Source: Candidatus Eiseniibacteriota bacterium (GTDB lineage Bacteria; Eisenbacteria; RBG-16-71-46). Taken from it: DNA of 64,000 nt. The stretch spans positions 32,001-96,000 of the forward strand of contig JBGAOA010000002.1 of NCBI GenBank assembly GCA_044222065.1. The letters run 5' to 3'. A program made the translations under genes and the position numbers. This document shows positions 1-9,631 of this stretch, in pieces. Positions within the stretch are counted from its first letter, which is position 1, and every line of letters begins with the position of its first letter. The notes under the pieces are model-generated. The model searched no databases and was not told where the DNA came from. It saw nothing but the letters and a program-made list of their open reading frames with translations.

Positions 1-2
1 AT

Positions 3-707
3 GTGGGGTACGAGGAGGGCGGGCAGCTCACCGAGAAGGTCCGTCGCAAGCCCTATTCGGTCGTGCTCCTCGACGAGATTGAAAAAGCGCACCCGGATGT
101 GTTCAATGTGCTGCTTCAGGTGCTGGACGACGGCGTCCTCACCGACAGTTCGCGCCGCCGCGTGGACTTCAAGAACACCGTCATCATCATGACGTCCAAT
201 TTGGGCGGACGTCAGATCGTGAGCGGCGGACGCAACCTGGGATTCAAACAGGCGGACGGCTCCGCCCAGCAATTCCAGGCCATCAAGAGCACGGTTCAGG
301 ACGAACTCAAGCGGGCGTTCAATCCCGAGTTCCTGAACCGGATCGACGACGTCATCGTGTTCCACGCGCTCACGCGCGACAACATGCGCGACATCGTCGG
401 AATCCTGCTCGGACAGGTCAAGGAGCGACTGAGTGCCCAAGAAATCACCCTCGACATCTCTGCCGAGGCCGTGGAACTGCTCATCGAGCGCGGATTCGAT
501 CCGTCGCTCGGAGCGCGACCGCTCAAGCGGGCGATCCAGCGGCTGCTGGAAGATCCGCTTTCCGAGTTCATCCTTCGAGGCCAGCTCAAGGGCGGGGGCG
601 CGATCCACGTCTCCCGTGACAACGAAGGCCTGCACTTCGAACCGGCCGCTGCCGGCAGCGCCGCCCCGGCCGCCGAGGCTCCGGAGGCTCCCGCGACTCG
701 CGGCTAG
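3..707 (+). CDS. clpC: ATP-dependent Clp protease ATPase subunit ClpC, C-terminal part (5' end outside window)
   Basis: GYEEGGQLTEKVRRKPYSVVLLDEIEKAHPDVFN and FNPEFLNRID..GARPLKRAI motifs of the second AAA+ domain; LGF loop (ClpP docking) favours ClpC over ClpB. Confidence 0.9.
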   Translation: MGYEEGGQLTEKVRRKPYSVVLLDEIEKAHPDVFNVLLQVLDDGVLTDSSRRRVDFKNTVIIMTSNLGGRQIVSGGRNLGFKQADGSAQQFQAIKSTVQDELKRAFNPEFLNRIDDVIVFHALTRDNMRDIVGILLGQVKERLSAQEITLDISAEAVELLIERGFDPSLGARPLKRAIQRLLEDPLSEFILRGQLKGGGAIHVSRDNEGLHFEPAAAGSAAPAAEAPEAPATRG

Positions 708-3090
708 CGCCGCGTTCCTCGCCCTGCTGTCGTTCACGACGCCGGCGGCGGCCCAGCCGCCGGCGTCCGCGTCTTCGGACACGCTGCGCGTCCCGACGAT
801 CGAGGTGCCCTCGATCGTGCGCGTGGGCCGCGTCTCGGTGCGCGGCAATTCCTACACGGACAGCGCGCGAGTCCTGCGCACGTTCGAGATCCCGTCGGGA
901 AGCGAGTACACCGACGAGGCGGTGCGCCGCGGCATCCGGAAGCTCTACGCGCTGGGCTTGTTCGACGACATCCACGTCGAACAGGTGGACCGCGGGGACG
1001 GCGTTCGCGACCTCGTCGTGCACGTGAAGGAGCGCCCGCGCATCGCGAAGATCGAGTTCGCGGGCAACCAGAAGCGCGAGACGAGCGAGCTCGAGAAGAA
1101 ACTGTTCCTGCGCGCGGGCGAGACGTACAGCGCGACGTCGGTCTCGAGCCAGGTCGACTCGCTGCTCCAGTACTACCGTGACGAAGGCTTCGCGCAGGCG
1201 CAGATCGAGGCCGTGCGCGACACGACCGACGGCGGCATCGCGATCCGCTTCCAGGTCGCCGAGGGCCAGAAGGTCCGCATCGAGCGCGTCGAGTTCACGG
1301 GCGCGACGGCGTTCCCCGACGCGAAGCTGCGCAAGAAGATGAAGACGAAGGCGCACGGCTTCCTCGGCGGCGGCGAGATCAAGAGCGAGAACGAGACCGA
1401 GGACCGCGAGAAGCTCGAGATGTGGTACCGGAGCCGCGGCTACCGCGACATGCGTTACGTCGGGCAGACGCTCAAGCCCGGTTCGCGGCCCGACCGGCTC
1501 GTGCTGTCCGTCGAGGTGGATGAGGGCCCGCGCTACCGGCTCGGCGACGTGCGGTGGGAGGGCAACAAGATCGTGTCCTCCGCCGACCTGCAGAAGATGT
1601 GGCCGAAGGCGAAAAACGACCTCTACGACCTGTCGCGGATCGAGAAGGCGCAGGGACTCGCGTACGCCGAGTACGCCGAGCGCGGCTACCTCTACCTGTC
1701 GGTCGAGCCGCGCGAGACGGTGCGCGATTCCGTCGTGGACCTGACCTACGCCATCACCGAAGGGCAGCCCTCGCACGTCCGCTTCATCGAGATCAAGGGC
1801 AACAAGGGCACGCGCGAGAAGGTGATCCGGCGCGAGATCGCGATCCACGAAGGCGACCTGTTCCGTCGTTCGGCGCTGATGCGCTCGCGCGACGACATCA
1901 TGCGGCTCGGCATCTTCGAAGAAGCGATGCCCGACTTCACGCCGGCCGACAGCACCGACGTGGACCTCGTGTTCAAGATCAAGGAGAAGCAGGTCGGCAC
2001 CGCATCGGCGGGCGCGGGGTACACGGAGCAGGCGGGACTCACGGGCTTCCTCGATCTCGGGCACAACAACGTGCTCGGGAACGGGCAGGCGCTGCAGCTC
2101 CATCTCGAGCGCGGCTCGAAGCGCGAGGACTACTCGCTGAGCTTCACGGAGCCGTGGTTCCGCGACACGCCGACGCTGCTCGGCTTCTCGCTGTTCAACA
2201 GCCAGCGCGATCTCGACCTGTACGAAGAGAAGCGCGTCGGCGCCTCCGGACGCATCGGACGGCCGCTGCCCTGGCCCGACTACTCGCGCGGTTCGATCTC
2301 GTACCGCATCGAGGACGTGACGATCACGTCGCTCGGGGCGACGCTCAGCGCGGCGGATTCCGCCGTGCTCGCCGGCGTGCGCGTCGGCGACGCGGTCCGG
2401 ACGAGCAGCCTCGAGATCAACTTCCTGCGCAACTCGACGGACAATCCGTTCTATCCGACGAAGGGCACGCGCCTCACCTGGAACACCGAACTCGCGGGCG
2501 GTCCGTTCGGCGGCTCGGTCAACTTCCACAAGCACCGCGTCGAGGGCCGCATCTACCTGCCGTCGGTGCGCAAGAGCCTCACGACGATGATCCGCGCGCG
2601 CTTCGGAATGGTGGGGGAGTACGCCGACCAGAACCGCTCCGTGCCGCCCTACGAGCGCTTCCGGCTCGGCGGCGGCACGACCGTGGATCCGCTGCGCGGC
2701 TACGACGACTACCAGGTGGTCCCGAGCAAGTACATCCGCGACGTCGTCGTCGGCTACGACACGACCTCGACCGGCCCCGACAGCGGCAAAGTGACGCCGC
2801 TCACGGTGAAGGTGCGCTACCCGGGCGGACGGTTCCTCTCGCTGCTCACGATCGAGCAGCAGTTTCCGATTGTTCATCCGCTCCACGGTGTGCTTTTCTT
2901 CGACGCTGGTAACACGTGGGACCGGTGGGGCGAGATCCGGCCCTTCGATCTGCGCAAGAGCGTCGGCGCCGGCCTGCGCATGGAGATTCCGCTGCTCGGC
3001 AACATCGGCTTCGATTACGGCTACGGCTTCGATCGAGACGACGGACCCAAAGCGATGGGGCACTTCCTCATCGGAAACGTGAGTTTCTAG
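616..3090 (+). CDS. bamA: Outer membrane protein assembly factor BamA (start uncertain; GTG 616 chosen within ORF 433..3090)
   Basis: Signal peptide AFLALLSFTTPAAAQ, POTRA repeats (GNKGTREKVIRRE), NVLGNGQ, FTEPW, LRGY motif, C-terminal Phe; followed by skp-lpxD. Confidence 0.92.
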   Translation: MTTKACTSNRPLPAAPPRPPRLRRLPRLAASAAFLALLSFTTPAAAQPPASASSDTLRVPTIEVPSIVRVGRVSVRGNSYTDSARVLRTFEIPSGSEYTDEAVRRGIRKLYALGLFDDIHVEQVDRGDGVRDLVVHVKERPRIAKIEFAGNQKRETSELEKKLFLRAGETYSATSVSSQVDSLLQYYRDEGFAQAQIEAVRDTTDGGIAIRFQVAEGQKVRIERVEFTGATAFPDAKLRKKMKTKAHGFLGGGEIKSENETEDREKLEMWYRSRGYRDMRYVGQTLKPGSRPDRLVLSVEVDEGPRYRLGDVRWEGNKIVSSADLQKMWPKAKNDLYDLSRIEKAQGLAYAEYAERGYLYLSVEPRETVRDSVVDLTYAITEGQPSHVRFIEIKGNKGTREKVIRREIAIHEGDLFRRSALMRSRDDIMRLGIFEEAMPDFTPADSTDVDLVFKIKEKQVGTASAGAGYTEQAGLTGFLDLGHNNVLGNGQALQLHLERGSKREDYSLSFTEPWFRDTPTLLGFSLFNSQRDLDLYEEKRVGASGRIGRPLPWPDYSRGSISYRIEDVTITSLGATLSAADSAVLAGVRVGDAVRTSSLEINFLRNSTDNPFYPTKGTRLTWNTELAGGPFGGSVNFHKHRVEGRIYLPSVRKSLTTMIRARFGMVGEYADQNRSVPPYERFRLGGGTTVDPLRGYDDYQVVPSKYIRDVVVGYDTTSTGPDSGKVTPLTVKVRYPGGRFLSLLTIEQQFPIVHPLHGVLFFDAGNTWDRWGEIRPFDLRKSVGAGLRMEIPLLGNIGFDYGYGFDRDDGPKAMGHFLIGNVSF

Positions 3091-3092
3091 CC

Positions 3093-3653
3093 ATGTTCCC
3101 CTCGACGCATCGCCGGGCACGCTTCGCCCCGCTCGCCGTGCTCGCGCTCGCGCTCGCGGTCGCTCCGGCGAGCGCGCTGGATGCGAAGCTCGGCTACGTG
3201 GACTCCGCGCGCATCTTCCAGGAGTTCAAGCTCGCGCAGGAGGCGCAGCAGCAGTTCGACCGCCAGGTGCAGAGCTGGCGCGCCGAGTCCGGCGAGAAGG
3301 AGAAGCTCGTCACGCAGTTGCGCACCGAGATGCGCGACCAGGGCCCCATGCTGTCCGCCGCGCGGCGCCAGGAGAAGGAAGAGGCGCTGCAGCGCGCGAT
3401 CAGCGATTACGAGCGGTTCGTCCAGGACATCTGGGGACCGCAGGGGCGCGCGGTTCAGGAGAACGAGCGCGCGACCGCCGAAGTCGTTTCGCAGATCCGC
3501 GGCGCGGTCGAGAAGGTCGCGAGCGACAAGGGGCTCGACCTCGTGCTCGACGCCGCCGGCGGCTACCTCGTGTACGCGAGCAAGACGCTCGACCTCACGG
3601 ACGACGTCCTCACCGAACTCGTCAATCGCACGCAGTCCTCCACGCCGCACTAG
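3093..3653 (+). CDS. skp: OmpH/Skp periplasmic chaperone
   Basis: Signal peptide then KLGYVDSARIF; coiled coil; GLDLVLD..DLTDDVL end; between bamA and lpxD. Confidence 0.9.
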   Translation: MFPSTHRRARFAPLAVLALALAVAPASALDAKLGYVDSARIFQEFKLAQEAQQQFDRQVQSWRAESGEKEKLVTQLRTEMRDQGPMLSAARRQEKEEALQRAISDYERFVQDIWGPQGRAVQENERATAEVVSQIRGAVEKVASDKGLDLVLDAAGGYLVYASKTLDLTDDVLTELVNRTQSSTPH

Positions 3654-3721
3654 GACGGCGCCGGCGGCGCGGCGCGATCGGTTCCGCGGCGCCGGAGGCA
3701 GGCAGGGAAGGCGGTGACGTC

Positions 3722-4768
3722 ATGATCAGGACTCTCGGCGAGCTGGCCGCCGAACTCGGCGGCGTCGTGGTGGGCGATCCCGACGTTCGCATCAAGGGAG
3801 TCGCGGGAATCCGCGAGGCGCTGCCCGGCGACATCACGTTCCTCGCGAACGCGCGCTATCGCGCGTACCTGTCCGAGACGGCCGCATCGGCGGTGCTCGT
3901 CGGCCGCGACGAGACGAGCGCGCCCGTCGCGCTCGTGCAGGTGGACAATCCCTACCTCGCGTTCCAGCGCGTCGTCCGCATCTTCCGGCCGGACCCGTAC
4001 CGTCCGGAGCCGGGCGTGCATCCGACCGCCGTCGTGCATCCCGAGGCGACGCTCGGCGAGGGCGTCTCGATCGGTCCGTGGTGCGTGATCGAGCGCGGCG
4101 CGCGCGTCGGCGACCGCACGGTGATCATGGCGCACGGGTACGTCGGCGCGCTCGCGTCGGTCGGCGACGACGGACTCCTGTATCCGAACGTGGTCGTGCG
4201 CGAGGAGTGCGTGCTCGGCGCGCGCGCGATCCTGCACAGCGGCGTCGTGATCGGGAGCGACGGGTTCGGCTTCGCGCTCGACCACGGGCGCTACCACAAG
4301 GTGCCGCAGGTCGGGAACGTGATCGTCGGCGACGACGTCGAGATCGGCGCGAACACGACCGTGGATCGCGCGACGACCGACGCGACGCGCATCGGCGACG
4401 GCACGAAGATCGACAACCTCGTCCAGATCGGCCACAACGTCGTGATCGGCAAGCACTGCATCGTCGTCGCGCAGGTGGGCATCTCGGGCAGCACGCACCT
4501 CGAGGATTTCGTGACGCTCGGCGGCCAGGCGGGCCTCGTCGGGCACATCCGCGTCGGCACGCGCGCGATGGTCGGCGCGAAGACGGGCGTCAGCAAGTCC
4601 GTCGGCGCGGGCCAGGTCGTCGCCGGCTACCCGGCACTGCCGCACAACATCTGGAAGCGCGCGCAGGCGTACATCTCGAAACTGCCCCAGCTCTTCCAGC
4701 GCACGAAGTCGCTCGAGGAGCGGCTCGAGAAGCTCGAATCGCAGCGTGAACGGGAGGAAGTTCGGTGA
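3722..4768 (+). CDS. lpxD: UDP-3-O-acyl-glucosamine N-acyltransferase
   Basis: Hexapeptide repeats, IGSDGFGF, GTKIDNLVQIGHNV motifs. Confidence 0.95.
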   Translation: MIRTLGELAAELGGVVVGDPDVRIKGVAGIREALPGDITFLANARYRAYLSETAASAVLVGRDETSAPVALVQVDNPYLAFQRVVRIFRPDPYRPEPGVHPTAVVHPEATLGEGVSIGPWCVIERGARVGDRTVIMAHGYVGALASVGDDGLLYPNVVVREECVLGARAILHSGVVIGSDGFGFALDHGRYHKVPQVGNVIVGDDVEIGANTTVDRATTDATRIGDGTKIDNLVQIGHNVVIGKHCIVVAQVGISGSTHLEDFVTLGGQAGLVGHIRVGTRAMVGAKTGVSKSVGAGQVVAGYPALPHNIWKRAQAYISKLPQLFQRTKSLEERLEKLESQREREEVR

Positions 4769-6090
4769 TCGGTCGTCGTCAGAGGACGCTGTCCCGCGCG
4801 GCGGGTTTCGAAGGCGTGGGCCTCCACACGGGGGAGATCGGCACGGTGACGTTCCGGCCCGCCGAGCCCGGCACGGGCGTGCGCTTCGTGCGCACCGACC
4901 TGCCCGGGCGTCCCGAGGTGAAGGTGCGTCCCGAGAACGCGCACTTCGATCCGCGCGCCGGCCGCCGCACGATCCTCCAGGAGGGCGGCGTCCAGATCCA
5001 CACGATGGAGCACCTGCTCGCCGCGGTCGCGGGCCTCGGCATCGACAACCTGATCGTCGAGACGAGCACGATGGAGATCGCGGAGCCGGCCGACGGCAGC
5101 GCGCTGCAGATCGCGCGCGTGCTCAAGGAAGGCGGCATCGTCGAGCAGGACCGTCCGAAGCGTCACTACAAGATCGCGAAGCCGACGACGTGGAGCGAGG
5201 GCAACGTCTCGCTCACGGCCGTGCCGTACGCGGGCTTCCGCATCACGTTCACGATCGCCTACGACCACAAGCTCGTCGGGACGCAGACGGTGTCGTTCGA
5301 CATCAACGAAGACACGTTCATGAACGAGATCGCCGGCGCGCGCACGTTCGTGCTCGAGCGCGACCTCGAACTGCTGCGGCAGGCCGGCTGGATCAAGGGC
5401 GGCCGGCTCGAGAGCGCCGTCGTCGTCGGCGACGACGAGCTGCGCAACCCGGACCCGCTCCGCTGGCCGGACGAGTTCGCGCGCCACAAGGTGCTCGACC
5501 TGCTCGGCGACCTGTCGCTGCTCGGCGGTCCGCTGCTCGGCCACATCAGCGCGGTCCGCGCCGGCCACCAGAGCCACGTCGCGTTCGTGAAGCACCTGCG
5601 CGAGACGCAGCCGTTCCCGGGCCGCCGCCTCGGCGGGCCGCCCGAAGAGTGGGACATCACGGCGGTCATGGACATCATGCCGCACCGCTATCCGCTGCTG
5701 CTCGTGGACCGCATCACGAACATCGAGGAAGGCCACCGCATCGAGGGCTACAAGAACGTCACGATCAACGAGCCGTTCTTCGTCGGGCACTTCCCGGGAC
5801 ACCCGATCATGCCGGCGGTGCTGATCGTCGAAGCGATGGCGCAGGTCGGCGGACTGCTGCTGCTCAACTCCGTGGACGATCCGAACGACAAGCTGATGTA
5901 CTTCATGGGCATCGACGCCGCGAAGTTCCGCCGCCCGGTCGTTCCGGGCGACCAGCTGCGCTTCGTGCTGACGCTGCTCAAGCACAAGGGCCGGACGAGC
6001 AAGATGCGCGGCGAGGCGTACGTGGACGGCCAGCTCGTCGCCGAGGCCGAACTGCTCGCGACGGTGGTGGACCGGCGGGGGCAGGCGTGA
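4765..6090 (+). CDS. lpxC: Bifunctional LpxC deacetylase / FabZ dehydratase
   Basis: N-terminal GVGLHTG, TMEHLLAA, RHKVLDLLGDL (LpxC); C-terminal MPHRYPLLLVDRI, NEPFFVGHFPGHPIMP (FabZ); single frame. Confidence 0.95.
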   Translation: MIGRRQRTLSRAAGFEGVGLHTGEIGTVTFRPAEPGTGVRFVRTDLPGRPEVKVRPENAHFDPRAGRRTILQEGGVQIHTMEHLLAAVAGLGIDNLIVETSTMEIAEPADGSALQIARVLKEGGIVEQDRPKRHYKIAKPTTWSEGNVSLTAVPYAGFRITFTIAYDHKLVGTQTVSFDINEDTFMNEIAGARTFVLERDLELLRQAGWIKGGRLESAVVVGDDELRNPDPLRWPDEFARHKVLDLLGDLSLLGGPLLGHISAVRAGHQSHVAFVKHLRETQPFPGRRLGGPPEEWDITAVMDIMPHRYPLLLVDRITNIEEGHRIEGYKNVTINEPFFVGHFPGHPIMPAVLIVEAMAQVGGLLLLNSVDDPNDKLMYFMGIDAAKFRRPVVPGDQLRFVLTLLKHKGRTSKMRGEAYVDGQLVAEAELLATVVDRRGQA

Positions 6091-6866
6091 GCGCGACGCT
6101 CGTGCACCCGGGCGCGTTCGTGGACGAGCGCGCGCGGCTCGGGCTGCGCGTCACGATCGGGCCCGGCGCCGTCATCGGACCGGACGTCGAGATCGGCGAC
6201 GGCACGTCGGTCGGCAGCCACGCGCTCGTCACGGGCTGGACGAAGGTCGGCCGCGACTGCCGGCTGCACCACGGCGCCGTCGTCGGCAGTCCGCCGCAGG
6301 ACCTCAAGTACTCGGGCGAGCCGTCGCACCTCGAAGTCGGCGACCGCACCGAGATCCGCGAGTACGCGACGCTCAACCTCGCGACCGAGCCGGGCGCGAC
6401 GACGCGCGTCGGCAGCGACTGCCTGCTCATGGCGTACTCGCACGTCGCCCACAACTGTCAGGTCGGCGACCACGTGATCCTCGCGAACGCGGTGCAGATG
6501 GCCGGCTACGTGCAGGTCGAGGACTGGGCGATCGTCGGGGGCGGCACCGTCGTGCACCAGTTCGCGCGCATCGGCGCGCACGCGATGATCGGCGGCGGGT
6601 CGCGCATCTCGCAGGACGTCGCACCGTTCATCAAGACCGCCGGCAGCCCGCCGCGGAACGCCGGCATCAACTCGATCGGTCTCGAACGCCGCGGTTTCTC
6701 GAAGGCCGCGATCGAAGCGCTCGAGCGCGCCTACCGGGCGCTGTTCCGCGAGGGTCTGGGCGCCGCAGACGCGTGCGCCCGGATGCGCGCGGACAGCCCG
6801 GACGTGCCCGAGGTCGAGCGCCTCGCGCGCTTCGTCGAGACCTCGGCTCGCGGCATCACCCGCTAG
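6087..6866 (+). CDS. lpxA: Acyl-ACP--UDP-N-acetylglucosamine acyltransferase
   Basis: GTGA overlap with upstream stop; PQDLKY, MAYSHVAHNC, VHQF, GLERRGF motifs. Confidence 0.95.
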   Translation: MSATLVHPGAFVDERARLGLRVTIGPGAVIGPDVEIGDGTSVGSHALVTGWTKVGRDCRLHHGAVVGSPPQDLKYSGEPSHLEVGDRTEIREYATLNLATEPGATTRVGSDCLLMAYSHVAHNCQVGDHVILANAVQMAGYVQVEDWAIVGGGTVVHQFARIGAHAMIGGGSRISQDVAPFIKTAGSPPRNAGINSIGLERRGFSKAAIEALERAYRALFREGLGAADACARMRADSPDVPEVERLARFVETSARGITR

Positions 6867-6875
6867 GAGGTTCCC

Positions 6876-7874
6876 GTGCGGCCGGTTCGCGTCGGAGTCT
6901 GGGGCGTCGGAGTGTGGGGGGAGAAGCACGCGCGTGTGTACTCGTCGCTCGAGGGCGCATCGCTCGCGGGCGTCTTCGATCGCGATCGCGCGCGCGCCGA
7001 GAAGGTGGCGTCGGACTACGGCACGCGCGTGTTCGATCATCCGGATGCGCTGCTCGAGGCCGTGGAGGCGGTGTCCATCGCGGTGCCGACCGTCGCGCAC
7101 CGCGAGGCCGTCGAGCGCGCGTGCGCCGCGGGCCGTCACGCGCTCGTCGAGAAGCCGATGGCGGTCACGGTCGCCGAGGCGGATGCCATGTGCGCGGCGG
7201 CCGAGCGCGCGGGCGTCGTGCTGCAGGTCGGGCAGGTCGAGCGCTTCAATCCGGCGCTGCTCGCGGCGCGGCCGTTCGTCGAGAAGCCCAAGTTCGTCGA
7301 GGCGCACCGGCTCGCGCTGTTCCAGCCGCGTTCGCTCGACATCGACGTCGTGTTCGACCTCATGATCCACGACCTGGACGCGGTGCTGCACGTCGTCGGC
7401 AAGACGCCGACGTCGCTGTCCGCCGTCGGCGTGGCGGTGCTGTCCGAGAACGAGGACATCGCGAACGCGCGGCTCGAGTTCGACGACGGCTGCGTCGCGA
7501 ACCTCACGGCGAGCCGCGTGTCGCAGGACCGGCTGCGGCGCATCCGCTTCTTCACGGCGAACGCCTACGTGTCCGTGGACCTATTCGAGAAGTCCGGCGA
7601 GGCGTTCGTGATCCAGGATCCCGGTTCGTTCCGCCCCGGCAAGGTGGATCCGTTCGCGCTGCTGTCGGGCATCCGGCGCACGAAGATCACGCCCGACGGC
7701 GGCGAGCCGCTCGCGCTCGAACTCGCCGCCTTCCTGCGCTCGCTGCGCGACGGCGGTCCGGGCGCCGCGACCGCGGCCGAGGGACGGGAAGCGCTGCGCG
7801 TCGCGGAGGCGGTGCGCTCCGCGATGAAGCAGCGCGCGACGCAGTGGGCGCTGTCCGCGAACGCCGGTTCCTGA
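6876..7874 (+). CDS. Gfo/Idh/MocA-family NAD-dependent oxidoreductase, GnnA-like
   Basis: GVWGVGVWG Rossmann start, EKP motif, VERFNPA, DLMIHDLD; between lpxA and lpxB; AGGAGG RBS. Confidence 0.85.
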   Translation: MRPVRVGVWGVGVWGEKHARVYSSLEGASLAGVFDRDRARAEKVASDYGTRVFDHPDALLEAVEAVSIAVPTVAHREAVERACAAGRHALVEKPMAVTVAEADAMCAAAERAGVVLQVGQVERFNPALLAARPFVEKPKFVEAHRLALFQPRSLDIDVVFDLMIHDLDAVLHVVGKTPTSLSAVGVAVLSENEDIANARLEFDDGCVANLTASRVSQDRLRRIRFFTANAYVSVDLFEKSGEAFVIQDPGSFRPGKVDPFALLSGIRRTKITPDGGEPLALELAAFLRSLRDGGPGAATAAEGREALRVAEAVRSAMKQRATQWALSANAGS

Positions 7875-8980
7875 TCGTCGCCGGGGAGCCGTCGGGGGAC
7901 GCGCACGCCGCGCGTCTCGTGAAGGCGCTCCGCGAGCTCGGGAACGTCTCGGTGCGCGGCGTCGCGGGCCCCGCGATGCGCGCGGCCGGGGTCGAGTGCC
8001 TCGTGCCGATGGAGCGCCTCGCGGTGCTCGGTTTCGCCGAGATCGTCGCGAAGCTGCCCGTGCTGTTCGGGACGCGCGACACGCTGCTGCGCTCGCTCGA
8101 GCGCGAACGCCCCGACGCGGTCGTGCTCGTGGACTATCCGGGATTCAACCTGCGCTTCGGACCGCTCGCGCGCGCGCGCGGCGCGAAGGTCTTCTACTAC
8201 ATCGCGCCGCAGGTCTGGGCGTGGCATCCCGAGCGCGCCGCCGCGATGGCGCGCTGGGTGGACGCGCTCGCCGTCGTGTTCGCGTTCGAGGAGCCGCTGT
8301 TCCGGGACGCGGGCGTGAACGCGCGCTGGGTCGGGCATCCGCTGCTCGACGACCTCGCGCCGGAGTGCGACGCGGCGGCGCTGCGCGCCGAACTCGGCCT
8401 CGCGGCGGACGCTCCGCTGCTCGGCCTCTTGCCCGGGAGCCGCGCCCAGGAGATCTCGCGCCTGCTCGCGCCGCTGCTCGCGGTCGCCGCGCGGGTGAGC
8501 GCCGCGGATCCGCGCGTGACCGCGGTCGTCGCGGCCGCCGCGGGCCTCGAGCCCGGCGCGTACGCCGCGGCCGAGCGCGCGGGCGTGCGCGTCGTGCGCG
8601 GCCGGACGCACGCGGTGCAGGCGCACGCGACGGCGTGCGTCGTCGCCTCGGGCACGGCGACGCTCGAGACCGCGCTGTTCGGCACGCCGCTCGCGATCGT
8701 GTACCGCGTCGGCGCGCTCAACTACGCGATCGCCCGGCGGCTCGTCACGCTCGAGCGGATCGGGCTGCCGAACATCGTCGCGCGCGAGGACGTGGCCCCC
8801 GAGTTCGTGCAGGGCGCGTTCGATCCGGAACGCGTCGCGGCGGCAGTGGGGCCCTGGCTCGCGGACCCGGCGGCGCGCGCCGCGGCGTCCGCGAAGCTCG
8901 GCGCCGTGCGGCGCGCGCTCGGCGAGCCGGGCGCATCGCGTCGGGCGGCGGAGGCGCTGTGGGCGCTCGCGGACTCGTGA
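7844..8980 (+). CDS. lpxB: Lipid-A-disaccharide synthase
   Basis: AGEPSGD, VDYPGFN, YYIAPQVWAW, VGHPL, LLPGSR, SGTATLE, GLPNI motifs; start approximate. Confidence 0.95.
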   Translation: MGAVRERRFLIVAGEPSGDAHAARLVKALRELGNVSVRGVAGPAMRAAGVECLVPMERLAVLGFAEIVAKLPVLFGTRDTLLRSLERERPDAVVLVDYPGFNLRFGPLARARGAKVFYYIAPQVWAWHPERAAAMARWVDALAVVFAFEEPLFRDAGVNARWVGHPLLDDLAPECDAAALRAELGLAADAPLLGLLPGSRAQEISRLLAPLLAVAARVSAADPRVTAVVAAAAGLEPGAYAAAERAGVRVVRGRTHAVQAHATACVVASGTATLETALFGTPLAIVYRVGALNYAIARRLVTLERIGLPNIVAREDVAPEFVQGAFDPERVAAAVGPWLADPAARAAASAKLGAVRRALGEPGASRRAAEALWALADS

Positions 8981-9631
8981 CGCGCTATCCGTGGTGGCTC
9001 GAGCCCGCCGCGTTCCTCGGCGCGGCGCTGCTGCGGCGGCGCGACGTGGCGGCTCGCGACGTGCGGCCTCGCGGCGCTGCACGCCCGCGAGGCCAGCGGC
9101 GAACGGTTCGTGCTCGCGCTCTGGCATTCGTGCCTGCTCGCCCCGATCTACAGCCACCGCGGTCGGGGGGTGGCGATCCTGGTTTCGCGCCACCGCGACG
9201 GCGAGGTGATCACGCGCATCATCGAGCGGCTCGGCTTCGAGACGGCGCGGGGCTCGAGCACGCGCGGCGGGGTGGAGGGAGCGCGCGAGATGCTCGAGCT
9301 CGCGCGCGAGGGGCGCACGCTCGGGATCACGCCGGACGGCCCGCGCGGGCCGGCGGAGCGACTCAAGCCGGGTGTGGTCGTGATCGCGAGCCGGTCGGGA
9401 CTCCCGATCGTGCCGCTCGCGAGCGCGTCTTCGTCGTGCTGGGTGATGCGCTCGTGGGACCGATTCCGGGTCCCGAAGCCGTTCGCACGCGTCGTCGTCG
9501 CCTATGGCGAGCCGATCGCCGTGCCGCGCGACCTGAGCGACGCCGACCTGGAGTCGTGGCGGGACCGGGTCGAGCGCGCGATCGCGGAGCACTCGGCGGC
9601 GGTGCGCGAACGGGCGGGAGAGCCGTCGTGA
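8977..9631 (+). CDS. DUF374 / LpxJ-like acyltransferase; frameshift near 9035
   Basis: N-terminus MTRYPWW..LLR in one frame; GATWRL..ALWH..SRHRDGE..RGSSTRGG..TPDGPRGP..SWDRF..PKPF in the next frame. Confidence 0.85.

Noticed and set aside
4765..6090. LpxC-FabZ fusion as a novelty
   Set aside because: A known fusion in Bacteroidota/Chlorobi and related lineages; useful only as a lineage hint.
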